Made by a program: the position numbers and the translations under genes
Source of the DNA: Verrucomicrobiota bacterium
Lineage (GTDB): Bacteria; Verrucomicrobiota; Verrucomicrobiia; Limisphaerales; UBA11358
Direction of reading: 5' to 3'
Length of the DNA: 64,000 nt
NCBI GenBank assembly: GCA_050010435.1
Contig: JBEKKZ010000003.1
Span: 64,987 to 128,986 of the forward strand
Shown: positions 19,729 to 28,852 of the stretch, piece by piece
How the letters are laid out: the number at the start of each line of letters is the position of its first letter
How positions within the stretch are numbered: the first letter of the stretch is position 1
The notes under the pieces: model-generated
What the model was told of the DNA's origin: nothing
Database searches by the model: none
The model's input: the letters and a program-made list of their open reading frames with translations, nothing else

Positions 19729-20360
19729 TGAAACCCATCCGGATTCTGCTGGCCGAAGACCAGACGCTCATGCGTCAGGGATTGAAAACCATTCTCGAAC
19801 TTGAGAGCGGTTTTGAAGTGGCCGGCGAAGCCGAAGACGGCAAGGCTGCTGTGAAGCTTGCGCTGCAGTTGCGTCCGGACATCATCCTCATGGACGTCCA
19901 GATGCCGCAGTTGAACGGTGTGGAAGCGACCGCGGCCATCTGCCGGTCCTGGCCCGAAGCCAAGGTCATCATTCTGACGACGTTCGACCGCGACGACTAC
20001 GTGTTTCAGGGGGTGCGCGCCGGTGCGGTGGGTTACCTGCTCAAGGATTTGCCGTCGCCGAAACTCGTTGAAACCATCCGGCGCGTGCATGACGGTGAAG
20101 TGTTCATCCAGCCGGAGATTGCCTCGCGCACCCTGCGCGCCGCGTTGCATTCCCCCGGCGACCTGATCGAGCCGCTGTCCGAACGCGAACGCGAGGTGCT
20201 GGTGATGCTGGCCCAGGGAATTCCCAACAAGGAAATCGCGGACAAACTGCACCTGGCTGAAGGCACGATCAAAAACCACGTGTCGAACATCCTCGGCAAA
20301 TTGCAGGCCCAGAACCGCACCGAAGCCGCCGACATCGCCCGCCGGCGGGGACTGATCTAA
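19728..20360 (+). CDS. NarL/FixJ-family response regulator (REC + LuxR HTH)
   Basis: ILLAEDQ...LMDVQMP receiver domain. LSEREREVLVMLAQGIPNKEIADKLHLAEGTIKNHVSNI. Start overlaps the kinase stop (TGATG). Confidence 0.9.
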   Translation: MKPIRILLAEDQTLMRQGLKTILELESGFEVAGEAEDGKAAVKLALQLRPDIILMDVQMPQLNGVEATAAICRSWPEAKVIILTTFDRDDYVFQGVRAGAVGYLLKDLPSPKLVETIRRVHDGEVFIQPEIASRTLRAALHSPGDLIEPLSEREREVLVMLAQGIPNKEIADKLHLAEGTIKNHVSNILGKLQAQNRTEAADIARRRGLI

Positions 20361-20365
20361 ACCAG

Positions 20366-20410
20366 CCGGAGCACTGCCGGTATTGATGTGGGACAGGCTT
20401 CCAGCCTGTC
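20366..20410. repeat. conserved CCGGAGCACNNCCGGTATTGAT box + CG-TCC-type hairpin
   Basis: CCGGAGCACTGCCGGTATTGAT followed by GACAGGCT-TCC-AGCCTGTC. The box recurs at 22262 and 30900. Confidence 0.65.
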
Positions 20411-20426
20411 TCAATTATTCATTTTT
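20392..20426 (+). terminator. candidate intrinsic terminator after the response regulator
   Basis: 8-bp stem GACAGGCT/AGCCTGTC with TCC loop, followed by tcaattattcattttt. Confidence 0.45.
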
Positions 20427-20563
20427 CCGCAACTTGATGCCGGAGGTGATAACCTGGGGAGTTAGGGTTATACCCCATAGGCAAATCCGGTCCGTCGTGT
20501 AGCCTTGTACCGAATGCAGAGGCAGGATCCATTTGCTGAAATCGCCCCAGGAAAAAAACAAAT

Positions 20564-22243
20564 ATGAAATTGTCCTTAAAACCGCATCACCTCAAACGCT
20601 ACAAGGATATCGCGTTGCTGTTTTGGAAATACGGCAACACCGATTTGGCCAAGGAATTTGCCAGTGAAGCCGCTGGCGGTGAAAAAACACCTTTGGCCGC
20701 CAAACCCGGCCAGCCCGCGCCGGAAGAATTGGCCGACGATTTGGAAAAAATGGGGCCGACCTTCATCAAATTCGGCCAGTTGCTTTCCAGCCGCGCCGAC
20801 CTTTTGCCGGAACGATATTTGAAGGCGCTCGCGCGTTTGCAGGACAAGATCAAGCCATTTCCTTACGCCGAAGTGGAACAAATTGTCGCGAGCGAACTCG
20901 GCGTCCGCATCTCAAAAGCGTTCTCGTTTTTTGAAGAAAAACATCTGGCCGCCGCGTCGCTCGGACAGGTGCATCGCGCGGCCCTGCGCGACGGGCGTCC
21001 CGTCGTCGTGAAGGTGCAGCGCCCGGAAATCCGCAAACAAATCGCGGACGACTTTGAAGTGCTCGAGGAAATCGCGGACTTTTTTGACGAACATACTGAC
21101 ATTGGCCGCCGTTATCGTTTCGGAAAAATCCTCGCGGAATTCAAAAGTTCCATTTTGCAGGAACTGGATTATCAACGGGAAGCGTCCAATCTGACCACGC
21201 TGGCAGCCAATCTGAAGGAATTTACGCACCTGCTCGTTCCGCTGCCCGTGCTCGATTACAGCTCGCGCAGCGTGTTGACGATGGATTATGTCAGTGGAAC
21301 AAAAATCACTGCGCTCAGTCCCATCGCGCAATTGGACATGAACGGCGATGTTCTGGCCGAGGAACTTTTCAAGGCGTATCTGAAACAGGTGTTGATTGAC
21401 GGCTTTTTTCATGCCGATCCGCATCCGGGCAACATTTTTCTTACGGACGACGGGCGCGTGGCGTTGCTGGATTTGGGCATGACCGGGCGGGTGAGTTCAG
21501 ACATGCAGGAAAATTTATTGCGGTTGTTGCTGGCCATCAGCGAAGGCAACGGCGATGAAGCGGTGAAAATTGTCCTGCGCATCAGCGAAACCGCGGATGA
21601 ATTCGACGAGGCGGAGTTCACCAGAAAAGCGACGGAATTTGTTTCCGAACAGCGGAACCAAACCTTGGACCGCCAGGACATGGGCAAAGCCTTGATGGAA
21701 GTATCAAGAACGGCGGCCGAAACCGGACTTTATGTTCCCACCGAATTGACCTTGCTGGGGAAAACCCTGCTGCAACTGGAGGAGATCGGGAAAATTTTAT
21801 GTCCGAATTTCAATCCCAACGCCTCGGTGCGCCGGAATGTCGCCGAAATCATGACGACCCGGATGCGCAAAGCCGCCACGCCGGGGCATTTATTGGGATC
21901 GTTTCTCGAAATGAAGGATTTTGTTGGCGGCCTGCCGGGGCGCGTAAACAAGATTTTGGACGTTGTCGGCAATTCGGAATTGGAAGTAAATGTTAAAACT
22001 CCTGACGCGCGTCATTTGCTCAACGGCTTCGAGAAAATCGCCAACCGGGTTACCACCGGCATTATTCTCGCGGCGCTGATTGTCGGGGCGGCGCTGATGA
22101 TGCGAATCGAATCCGCCTTCCAGATTTTTGGCTACCCCGGCATCGCCATGATTTGTTTTTTGATTGCCATTGGCGGGAGTGGCTGGCTGGTTCTGGGCAT
22201 TCTTTGGAAAGATTACCAGGACAAGCGCAAGCGGAAGGAGTGA
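20564..22243 (+). CDS. ABC1/UbiB-family atypical protein kinase
   Basis: 559 aa. FIKFGQLLSSR, AAASLGQVHRA, HADPHPGNIF, DLGMTG. Two C-terminal TM helices. Confidence 0.85.
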   Translation: MKLSLKPHHLKRYKDIALLFWKYGNTDLAKEFASEAAGGEKTPLAAKPGQPAPEELADDLEKMGPTFIKFGQLLSSRADLLPERYLKALARLQDKIKPFPYAEVEQIVASELGVRISKAFSFFEEKHLAAASLGQVHRAALRDGRPVVVKVQRPEIRKQIADDFEVLEEIADFFDEHTDIGRRYRFGKILAEFKSSILQELDYQREASNLTTLAANLKEFTHLLVPLPVLDYSSRSVLTMDYVSGTKITALSPIAQLDMNGDVLAEELFKAYLKQVLIDGFFHADPHPGNIFLTDDGRVALLDLGMTGRVSSDMQENLLRLLLAISEGNGDEAVKIVLRISETADEFDEAEFTRKATEFVSEQRNQTLDRQDMGKALMEVSRTAAETGLYVPTELTLLGKTLLQLEEIGKILCPNFNPNASVRRNVAEIMTTRMRKAATPGHLLGSFLEMKDFVGGLPGRVNKILDVVGNSELEVNVKTPDARHLLNGFEKIANRVTTGIILAALIVGAALMMRIESAFQIFGYPGIAMICFLIAIGGSGWLVLGILWKDYQDKRKRKE

Positions 22244-22261
22244 ATATCCCAATACCAGCCC

Positions 22262-22332
22262 GGGCACTACCGGTATTGATGAACGTAGCGCAGGCGTCCC
22301 GCCTGCCCTGACAGCCGGGACGGCTGTGCTAC
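22262..22332. repeat. GGTATTGAT box + GTAGC...GCTAC REPIN-like element
   Basis: GGGCACTACCGGTATTGATGAAC|GTAGC[GCAGGCG-TCC-CGCCTGC]CCTGA[CAGCCG-GGA-CGGCTG]TGCTAC. About 88% identical by eye to 30900..30974. Confidence 0.85.
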
Positions 22333-22336
22333 TTTG

Positions 22337-22370
22337 AAGGCGAACGGCGACCCCGTTCGCCTTTTCATTT
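22337..22370. terminator. intrinsic terminator between convergent genes
   Basis: AAGGCGAACGG-CGACC-CCGTTCGCCTT followed by TTCATTT. Lies between the ABC1 kinase gene (+) and the 22393..22764 gene (-). Confidence 0.65.
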
Positions 22371-22392
22371 CTCGCGGCGGGGAGGTGACACC

Positions 22393-22764
22393 CTAAAGTG
22401 AAAGGAGCCTGGCCGCCTCGCTCATGGTCTTACAGGTGACCGCCCGCGGCCGGTGTGGGTAATGAAATATGGAAAGGATGTTCAGCCCGATGTCTTTCGC
22501 CGGATCGGGAATGACGCGGATCACCAGCCCCACGCCGTGCTGGTCACACAATTCCATCACCTTGCCGACTTGTGTCGTGCAAGCGGGGTCCATGGATTCC
22601 AGCCGGCCCAGGTCCACCAGCAAGTGGAAGCCGGGCGGCAAATCGGCCAGCAGCGCCGGCAGCTCTACCAGTCCGCGCTGGAGGTCCTTGGCCCGCACCT
22701 GTTGGATGAAACCAACGTAGAGCAACCGTTTCGCTTTGTTCGTCATGGCCAGAAACATGGCCAC
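22393..22764 (-). CDS. hypothetical protein (STAS-like by eye)
   Basis: 123-aa ORF (alternative ATG 22746, MTNKAKRLLYVGF). The alternating beta/alpha pattern resembles STAS/anti-anti-sigma folds. No motif proof. Confidence 0.45.
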   Translation of the reverse strand: MAMFLAMTNKAKRLLYVGFIQQVRAKDLQRGLVELPALLADLPPGFHLLVDLGRLESMDPACTTQVGKVMELCDQHGVGLVIRVIPDPAKDIGLNILSIFHYPHRPRAVTCKTMSEAARLLSL

Positions 22765-22837
22765 AATCTAAGCCCTCGCGGGTCGGAATTCGACGAAAAT
22801 ACGTCCAAAAAAAACGCGCTCACACACGTCTGGCGGT

Positions 22838-22955
22838 GTAGCGCAGGCTTTCCAGTCGCCAGGCCATCTTCGGTTCGTAGCTGCCGACGTCAGTCGGCGC
22901 AATATTTCCGCTCGTCCCGCAACCTCGATTAGCGCGGACTGACGTCCGCGGCTAC
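22838..22955. repeat. composite of GTAGC-type REPIN-like elements
   Basis: GTAGCGCAGGC... then GTAGCTGCCGACGTCAGTCGGCGC ... GCGCGGACTGACGTCCGCGGCTAC. Same subfamily as 42575..42645 and 63778..63848. Confidence 0.75.
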
Positions 22956-23090
22956 GGTTTCACCGCGCCCGATTCGTGCTCGCGGCTCCGCCAAAGTCCA
23001 CCACGTGGCTGTTTACACAAACTCCAGCTTTGCGGCTTTGCACCTTTGCAGTGCTATCCCATGACATGTTCCTTTCTGAGAAGATATTTT

Positions 23091-23229
23091 ACCACGGATG
23101 GACACGGATTCACACGGATGGGAAAGAGGGGAGCACAATGCTTGACACGAATTGCGCGAATTGTCGCTAACTGAATTCGCGAAATTCGTGTCTCGCCCTT
23201 ATCCGTGTTTATCCGTGTCCATCCGTGGT
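23091..23229. repeat. MITE-like element with CACGGAT-type terminal inverted repeats
   Basis: ACCACGGATGGACACGGATTCACACGGATG ... ATCCGTGTTTATCCGTGTCCATCCGTGGT. Inner palindrome CACGAATTGCGCGAATT...AATTCGCGAAATTCGTG. Confidence 0.75.
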
Positions 23230-23390
23230 TAAAGAAAAAGCTCTGCGGCTCTCTGCGTTCTCGGCGTCTCTGCGTTGAGGGCGTTTCCGTTTGGTTGCGG
23301 CTCCGCCGCGCTGTGTCTTTGCGTTGAATTGGGGGATTGTCATCGTTGCGTGCTTGAATCGTTCGCCATTATTGCGGAAGATTTGGAAAC

Positions 23391-24275
23391 ATGTTTCGCA
23401 TCGGCATAGACCTCGGCGGCACGAAGATTGAAGGCATTGTTCTGGATGCCCAAGGCAAGGAGCTTCTCCGCAAGCGCGTGGAGACGCAGCAGGAGAAGGG
23501 CTATGACCACATCCTGAACCGGATCAAAGGGCTGCATGATGAACTGGCCGCCGGCATCCAGGACGCAGCGCATACGTTTGGCATCGGCACACCCGGCGCC
23601 ATCTCGCCGCGCACCGGCCTGTTGAAAAATTCCAACACGGTTTGCATGAACGGCCAGCCGTTGAAGGCGGACCTCGAACGGATTCTCGGCCGGAAAATTG
23701 AGATTCAAAACGACGCCAATTGTTTCGCGATGGCCGAGGCGCTGCACGGGGCGGGCCGGGGAAAAAAATTGGTTTTCGGCGTCATCATGGGCACGGGCTG
23801 TGGCGGCGGCATTGTCCACAACAGCAAAGTCATCACCGGTCCGCAAGCCATCGCCGGTGAATGGGGCCACATGTCTATCCATCCGGACGGCCCGCTGTGC
23901 TACTGCGGCCAGCGCGGTTGCGTGGAGACGTTCATCAGCGGCGGCGGATTGGAATCGCGCTACGCCGAACAGTTCGGGGAAAAAAGGTCGTTCAAGGAAA
24001 TCGTGCGGGATTATCACGCCGGCGACGCGAAGGTGGTGGAGTTTATGAAAATTTTCTTCCGCAACTTCGGCCGTTCCCTGGCCAACCTCATTGACGTGCT
24101 GGACCCGGACGTAGTCGTCCTTGGCGGTGGCGTTTCAAATTTCGACGCGCTCTACACCGAGGGCGTCGCGGAAGTGGCGAAATATGTTTTCAGCGATTGC
24201 CTCGAGACGCCCATCGTCAAGCATCAGCTCGGCGATTCCGCCGGCGTCATCGGCGCCGCCTTGATCGGGGTTTGA
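23391..24275 (+). CDS. ROK-family sugar kinase (N-acetylglucosamine kinase-like)
   Basis: IGIDLGGTKIEG, NDANCFAMAEA, GTGCGGG, GEWGH, Zn motif CYCGQRGCVE. Colinear by eye with E. coli NagK. Confidence 0.85.
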   Translation: MFRIGIDLGGTKIEGIVLDAQGKELLRKRVETQQEKGYDHILNRIKGLHDELAAGIQDAAHTFGIGTPGAISPRTGLLKNSNTVCMNGQPLKADLERILGRKIEIQNDANCFAMAEALHGAGRGKKLVFGVIMGTGCGGGIVHNSKVITGPQAIAGEWGHMSIHPDGPLCYCGQRGCVETFISGGGLESRYAEQFGEKRSFKEIVRDYHAGDAKVVEFMKIFFRNFGRSLANLIDVLDPDVVVLGGGVSNFDALYTEGVAEVAKYVFSDCLETPIVKHQLGDSAGVIGAALIGV

Positions 24276-24343
24276 TATCGCCGGCATTCATAATCCCCAT
24301 AATTCTCATTCCCTTCGGCGCCGGTTTTTCCCATTTTGTCGCC

Positions 24344-26254
24344 ATGGAAACCAAGCGCGGATCGTTCCGGTGGCTCGTCTTGTTCAACCTGTTATTGGCT
24401 GCGTCGGCCTTTGCCCAAACCGGCCCGATCAAGCTCGACGTGGATGCCACGGACGCCCCGCGCAGCATCCTGCACGCGCGATTGCATATCCCCGCCCCGC
24501 CCGGCAAGCTCACACTGTTTTATCCCAAATGGATTCCGGGCGAGCACATGCCGAGCGGGCCCATCAACGACTTGACCGGCCTGGAGATGAGCGCGAATGG
24601 CCGGCCGTTGAACTGGCAGCGCGACGCGGACGACATGTATGCGTTCCATCTGGACGTGCCGGCCAGGGCGGACGCGGTGGAGGTATCGCTCGATTTTCTG
24701 CTGCCAACGGGCGGAGGCTCGTTTTCCACCGGCGTTTCTTCGACGGCCAAGCTGCTGGAGTTGAACTGGAACGAGGTCTTGCTTTACCCGCAGACCGCAG
24801 AGCCGTTGAAGCTTCAATACGTTACCACTTTGCAACTGCCCGAGGGCTGGAAATTCGGGACGGCCCTGCCGGTTGCAAGCGCATCCGGTGCCCGCGTCGA
24901 ATTTTCGCCCGCCCCGCTGGAGACTCTGGTGGATTCGCCGGTCATCGCCGGTGAATATTTCCGGATGATTGATTTGACGCCGGGCGAACAACCGCCCCAT
25001 GTCATCCACCTCGTGGCCGACAGCGCCGCCGCTCTGGAAATGACGCCGGAGGACATCCGCCATTTTTCGCATCTGGTGAAGGAGGCTAACGCGCTGTTCG
25101 GCGCGCATCATTATCGCGATTATCATTTCCTGGTCACCTTGTGCGATCGCGTGTCGCATGGCGGGCTTGAACACCACGAATCCAGCGACGATCGCGTGGG
25201 TGAAAATTATTTGACGGATGAAAGTGCGCGGCACTCGTTCCCCGATTTGCTGCCGCACGAGATGGTCCATTCGTGGAACGGCAAATACCGCCGTCCGGCC
25301 GGCATGGCCACGCCGGATTACCAGCAGCCGATGCGGGACGAACTGCTCTGGGATTACGAAGGCCTGACGGATTATCTCGGCAAGGTCCTCGCCGCGCGCA
25401 GCGGTCTCCAAACGAACGAGGATTTCCGCGAAACGTTCGCCCTGACCGCGGCGACGTTGGACCACCGGGCCGGTCGCGCGTGGCGGTCGCTGGCCGACAC
25501 CACCGTCGCGGCCCAGTTGCTCTATCTGGCCCCGTACACCGGCACCGCCTGGCGGCGCGGCACGGATTTTTATCCCGAAGGCGATTTGATCTGGCTGGAG
25601 GCGGATACCATCATCCGCCAACAAACCAAAGGCAAACGGTCGCTCGACGACTTCTGCAAAAAATTTTACGGCGGCGAAAGCGGCCCGCCCAAGGTAGTTC
25701 CCTACACCTACGACGACGTGGTGAAGGCGTTGAACGAAATCGCCCCGTACGACTGGCGCGGATTTTTCCAGCAGCGCATCTATGAAATCAACCCGCACGC
25801 TCCGCTCGGTGGCATCGAAAACGGCGGCTGGCGCCTGGCTTACACCAACGAATTGCCGGCCCTGCTCAAAACCCGCGAAGGCCAGCGTAAGTACACCGAC
25901 CTGAGTTTTTCCCTCGGCCTCAACCTCAGCCCGGAGGGCGGCATCAATGATGTCCTGCCGGGGACGACTGCGGACCAAGCGGGCATCGGCCCGGCCATGA
26001 AACTGGTGGCGGTGAACGGTCGCCGCTGGACGCCCGAAAATCTGCGCGCCGCGGTGAAATCCGCCGCGACCAACGGCGCACCCATCGAGTTGCTCATCGA
26101 AAACAGCGATTACTTCAAGAATTACCGCCTGGATTATCACGGCGGCGAGAAATATCCGTGCCTCGAACGTGTTCCGGCCAAACCGGACCTGCTCGCTGAA
26201 ATCATCAAGCCGCTGACGCCGGAACCGCCCACGAATTCCGCCGCCAAAAACTGA
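24344..26254 (+). CDS. secreted M61-family metallopeptidase with C-terminal PDZ domain
   Basis: Start ATG 24344 (METKRGSFRWLVLFNLLLAASAFAQ, a signal peptide). Zn motif HEMVHSWNG. C-terminal PDZ-like segment (LPGTTADQAGIGPAMKLVAVNG). Confidence 0.8.
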   Translation: METKRGSFRWLVLFNLLLAASAFAQTGPIKLDVDATDAPRSILHARLHIPAPPGKLTLFYPKWIPGEHMPSGPINDLTGLEMSANGRPLNWQRDADDMYAFHLDVPARADAVEVSLDFLLPTGGGSFSTGVSSTAKLLELNWNEVLLYPQTAEPLKLQYVTTLQLPEGWKFGTALPVASASGARVEFSPAPLETLVDSPVIAGEYFRMIDLTPGEQPPHVIHLVADSAAALEMTPEDIRHFSHLVKEANALFGAHHYRDYHFLVTLCDRVSHGGLEHHESSDDRVGENYLTDESARHSFPDLLPHEMVHSWNGKYRRPAGMATPDYQQPMRDELLWDYEGLTDYLGKVLAARSGLQTNEDFRETFALTAATLDHRAGRAWRSLADTTVAAQLLYLAPYTGTAWRRGTDFYPEGDLIWLEADTIIRQQTKGKRSLDDFCKKFYGGESGPPKVVPYTYDDVVKALNEIAPYDWRGFFQQRIYEINPHAPLGGIENGGWRLAYTNELPALLKTREGQRKYTDLSFSLGLNLSPEGGINDVLPGTTADQAGIGPAMKLVAVNGRRWTPENLRAAVKSAATNGAPIELLIENSDYFKNYRLDYHGGEKYPCLERVPAKPDLLAEIIKPLTPEPPTNSAAKN

Positions 26255-26284
26255 ACGCTGAACCCACGCCCTGCGGCAAAATTC

Positions 26285-26321
26285 AAAAGGCGAACGGCAC
26301 ATCCATCCGCCTTTTTATTTT
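26285..26321. terminator. candidate bidirectional intrinsic terminator
   Basis: AAAAGGCGAACGG...CCATCCGCCTTTTTATTTT (imperfect stem) between the convergent M61 and permease genes. Shares the AAGGCGAACGG box with 22337 and 30980. Confidence 0.5.
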
Positions 26322-26342
26322 CAATTCAACAAGCTTGCGGTG

Positions 26343-27542
26343 TCACAATTCCCGCAATGCCGCCGCAATGGGCAATCGCGCCGCGCGGATGGCCGGGAAC
26401 AGGCCGCCAATCAAACCAATCACCGCGGCCCAGACCACCCCGCGCACCAGCAATTCCGGCGTGACGCGGAAGGCGAAAGTGAGCTGGCTGAAGCTCTGCC
26501 AGTTCATGGTCGAGGTGTGGAAATTATTGAAGGCGAGATAGGCCAGGCCGCCACCGATGGCACCGCCGGCCAGCGCCAGCAGCAATGATTCGAACATCAA
26601 CGACACCACCACCGCGCTGCCGCCGAAACCGAGCGCCCGCAGTGTGGCGATTTCCCGTGTCCGCGCCGCAACCGCGCTATACATCGTGTTCAGCGCGCCG
26701 AACACCGCGCCGATGGCCATCAAAAACGCGATCAGGAAGCCCAGCGTCGTGATCAACCGCGTGAGGGTTTCGGATTGTTGGGCGTAATATTCGGATTGCC
26801 GGACAACTTTCACGCTCAATTGCGGGTTTGAAGTCAATGAATCCTTGAACTCCTGAAACGCGCCCGGAGAATTGAGCCGGACGGAGACGGACTGGAACGA
26901 GTCGCCGCGATTGTAGGCGGCCTGCAACACCTTCGCGTCGGTCCAGATTTCTGATTCGGACGCGCCGCCGTTGGCCGAAAAGATGCCGGCAACCGGCCAT
27001 TCGTAGCGGCCCACCTTTATTTTCGAGCCGACGTCCAGCCCGGCGAATTCCTGGGCCGCGCCGCGACCGACGATGACTTCGTCCCTACCCCAATCAAACA
27101 TCCGGCCCTGGATAATCTTGAGGTTGTCGCGCACTTGCAGCGCGGCCGATTCCACACCGCGCAACGGCACGTTTGCGTCCGTGCCGGTCGAGCGTTTGGG
27201 CAGGTTGATGATGACGAACAATTCGGCGGAGGCGAGCGGGCCTTGGGCATTGCGCGCCACGCCCGGGGCATCGGCGATAAGGCGAGTCTGTTCGCGCCCG
27301 AAACCGCTGACCATTTCACTGTCGGCGCCGCTGCGCAAAACAATCGCACCATCGGGCGAGCCGGAAACGGTCATGACCTGCCGGAAACCCGCCGCGATGG
27401 ACAGCACGCCCACGAGCACGGCCACCACGCCCGCGATACCGATGACCGTGGCGGCGACGGCGCCGCGCCGTTGCGGGAGGCTCAGCAGCCCGAACTTCGT
27501 GATGGAGGCAATCTGCGAAAACCAGTTGATGGGGCCGGCCAT
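26343..27542 (-). CDS. ABC transporter permease (FtsX/MacB-type)
   Basis: 399 aa. N-terminal TM, large periplasmic domain, C-terminal FtsX 3-TM bundle (REIATLRALGF). Confidence 0.85.
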   Translation of the reverse strand: MAGPINWFSQIASITKFGLLSLPQRRGAVAATVIGIAGVVAVLVGVLSIAAGFRQVMTVSGSPDGAIVLRSGADSEMVSGFGREQTRLIADAPGVARNAQGPLASAELFVIINLPKRSTGTDANVPLRGVESAALQVRDNLKIIQGRMFDWGRDEVIVGRGAAQEFAGLDVGSKIKVGRYEWPVAGIFSANGGASESEIWTDAKVLQAAYNRGDSFQSVSVRLNSPGAFQEFKDSLTSNPQLSVKVVRQSEYYAQQSETLTRLITTLGFLIAFLMAIGAVFGALNTMYSAVAARTREIATLRALGFGGSAVVVSLMFESLLLALAGGAIGGGLAYLAFNNFHTSTMNWQSFSQLTFAFRVTPELLVRGVVWAAVIGLIGGLFPAIRAARLPIAAALREL

Positions 27543-27543
27543 T

Positions 27544-27577
27544 GGTTGGTTGATGGTTGAGGGTTGAGAGTTGAGAG
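27544..27577. repeat. heptanucleotide array (GGTTGAN) between the two permease genes
   Basis: ggttggttgatggttgagggttgagagttgagag. Reverse complement of the CTCAACC unit found inside leuS. Confidence 0.8.
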
Positions 27578-27582
27578 AAAAA

Positions 27583-28740
27583 TCACATTCGTCTTAACGC
27601 GTCGGCGACGCGCAGGCGCATGGCTTGGAGCGCGGGGAAAATTCCCGTGATCAGACCAAGGGCGATGCTGAATCCCAGCCCGATGAACAAAGCGCGGGTG
27701 GGAAGAAAGAATTGTGGCAGCAGGCTGACCAATTTTTGAGCCATGACGGGTGTGATCGCACGCGCCACCCCCAGACCGACCACGCCGCCAAGCACCGTGA
27801 GCAGGCATGACTCGGCGAGCACGAGCGCGACGATCTGTCCGTTGGTGAAGCCGATGGCCTTGAGCACACCCAGTTCACCGGTCCGCTCGCGCACGGCCTG
27901 CGCCATGGTGTTGCCGGTCACCAGCAGAATGGTGAAGAACACCGCGCTCAGGATTGCCGCGACGATGAAGACGATGTTGCCGATGGCCTTGGCCCAGCCT
28001 TGAATGAATGCGCCCTCCGGCTCCGTCTTGGTTTCCGCCGCCGAATTCTCGAATTCCTCATCCACCCGTTTGGCCACTTCCGCCGCCTGCGACGGGTCTT
28101 TGATGCGGATGGTATACCAGCCGACTTGCCCCTTGGCGAACTGCCGGGCTTCATCGAAATAGTCATAACGGAAAAACAGCGGCGTGGTGTCAGTGCCTTT
28201 GTCTTTTCCGTCGTAAATGCCCACGATGTCAAACGTCCATGTCTGGTTGCCGTTCGCCTGCGACCAAATGGTGGAGCGAATCGGCACCTTGTCGCCGATT
28301 TTCCAGCCGAATCGCTCCGCCGTCCGGTGGCCGACAATCGCGCCCGTCCGCGTGGCCAGCCAGGCCTTCTCCTCGTCGGGCGGCAGGATGATTTCGGGAT
28401 GTATCTTGAGAAATTTTTCCGGCTCGACCGGATTTTGCATGAAGAAATTTTTCGGGTCCTGGTAAATGCCGCCGAACCAGGTCTGGTGCGTGGCGAAATC
28501 CACGCCGGGGATTCGCTCCATCCGCGCCTGGTAACTCTCCGGCAGCAACTGGATGAGGGATACCTTGTGGCGGACGATCAACCGGTCCGCACCCGCCATT
28601 TCCACGCCGCCCACCAGTGCCTGCTGGATGGCCGAAAGAAAACCAAACAGGACAAACGCCACCAAGATGGACAGCAGCGTCAGCGACGTCCGCAGCTTCT
28701 TCCGCTTCAAATTGCACCAGATGAGATGGAAGAACTTCAC
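27583..28740 (-). CDS. ABC transporter permease (FtsX/MacB-type)
   Basis: 385 aa. Same architecture as its neighbour (ERTGELGVLKAIGF). Confidence 0.85.
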   Translation of the reverse strand: MKFFHLIWCNLKRKKLRTSLTLLSILVAFVLFGFLSAIQQALVGGVEMAGADRLIVRHKVSLIQLLPESYQARMERIPGVDFATHQTWFGGIYQDPKNFFMQNPVEPEKFLKIHPEIILPPDEEKAWLATRTGAIVGHRTAERFGWKIGDKVPIRSTIWSQANGNQTWTFDIVGIYDGKDKGTDTTPLFFRYDYFDEARQFAKGQVGWYTIRIKDPSQAAEVAKRVDEEFENSAAETKTEPEGAFIQGWAKAIGNIVFIVAAILSAVFFTILLVTGNTMAQAVRERTGELGVLKAIGFTNGQIVALVLAESCLLTVLGGVVGLGVARAITPVMAQKLVSLLPQFFLPTRALFIGLGFSIALGLITGIFPALQAMRLRVADALRRM

Positions 28741-28852
28741 AGGAAAAACGGGGTGGTGGAGTAATGGAGTAATGGAGTGATGGAAAGGCCTGACACACTT
28801 GCGCGTGCATTCAATACTCCATCACCCCAATACTCCATTACTCCGTTCGTTT
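28741..28852. repeat. inverted-repeat element built from GGAGTRAT octamers, inside the ABC operon
   Basis: GGGGTGGTGGAGTAATGGAGTAATGGAGTGATGG (28750..28783) vs CAATACTCCATCACCCCAATACTCCATTACTCC (28812..28844). Fills the ATPase-permease spacer. Confidence 0.75.

Noticed and set aside
24392-26302. 636-aa ORF on the minus strand
   Set aside because: It lies exactly antisense to the M61 peptidase gene, which has a signal peptide, an HExxH motif and a PDZ domain. The antisense translation is Arg/Gly/Ala-rich low-complexity sequence, typical of shadow ORFs in high-GC DNA.
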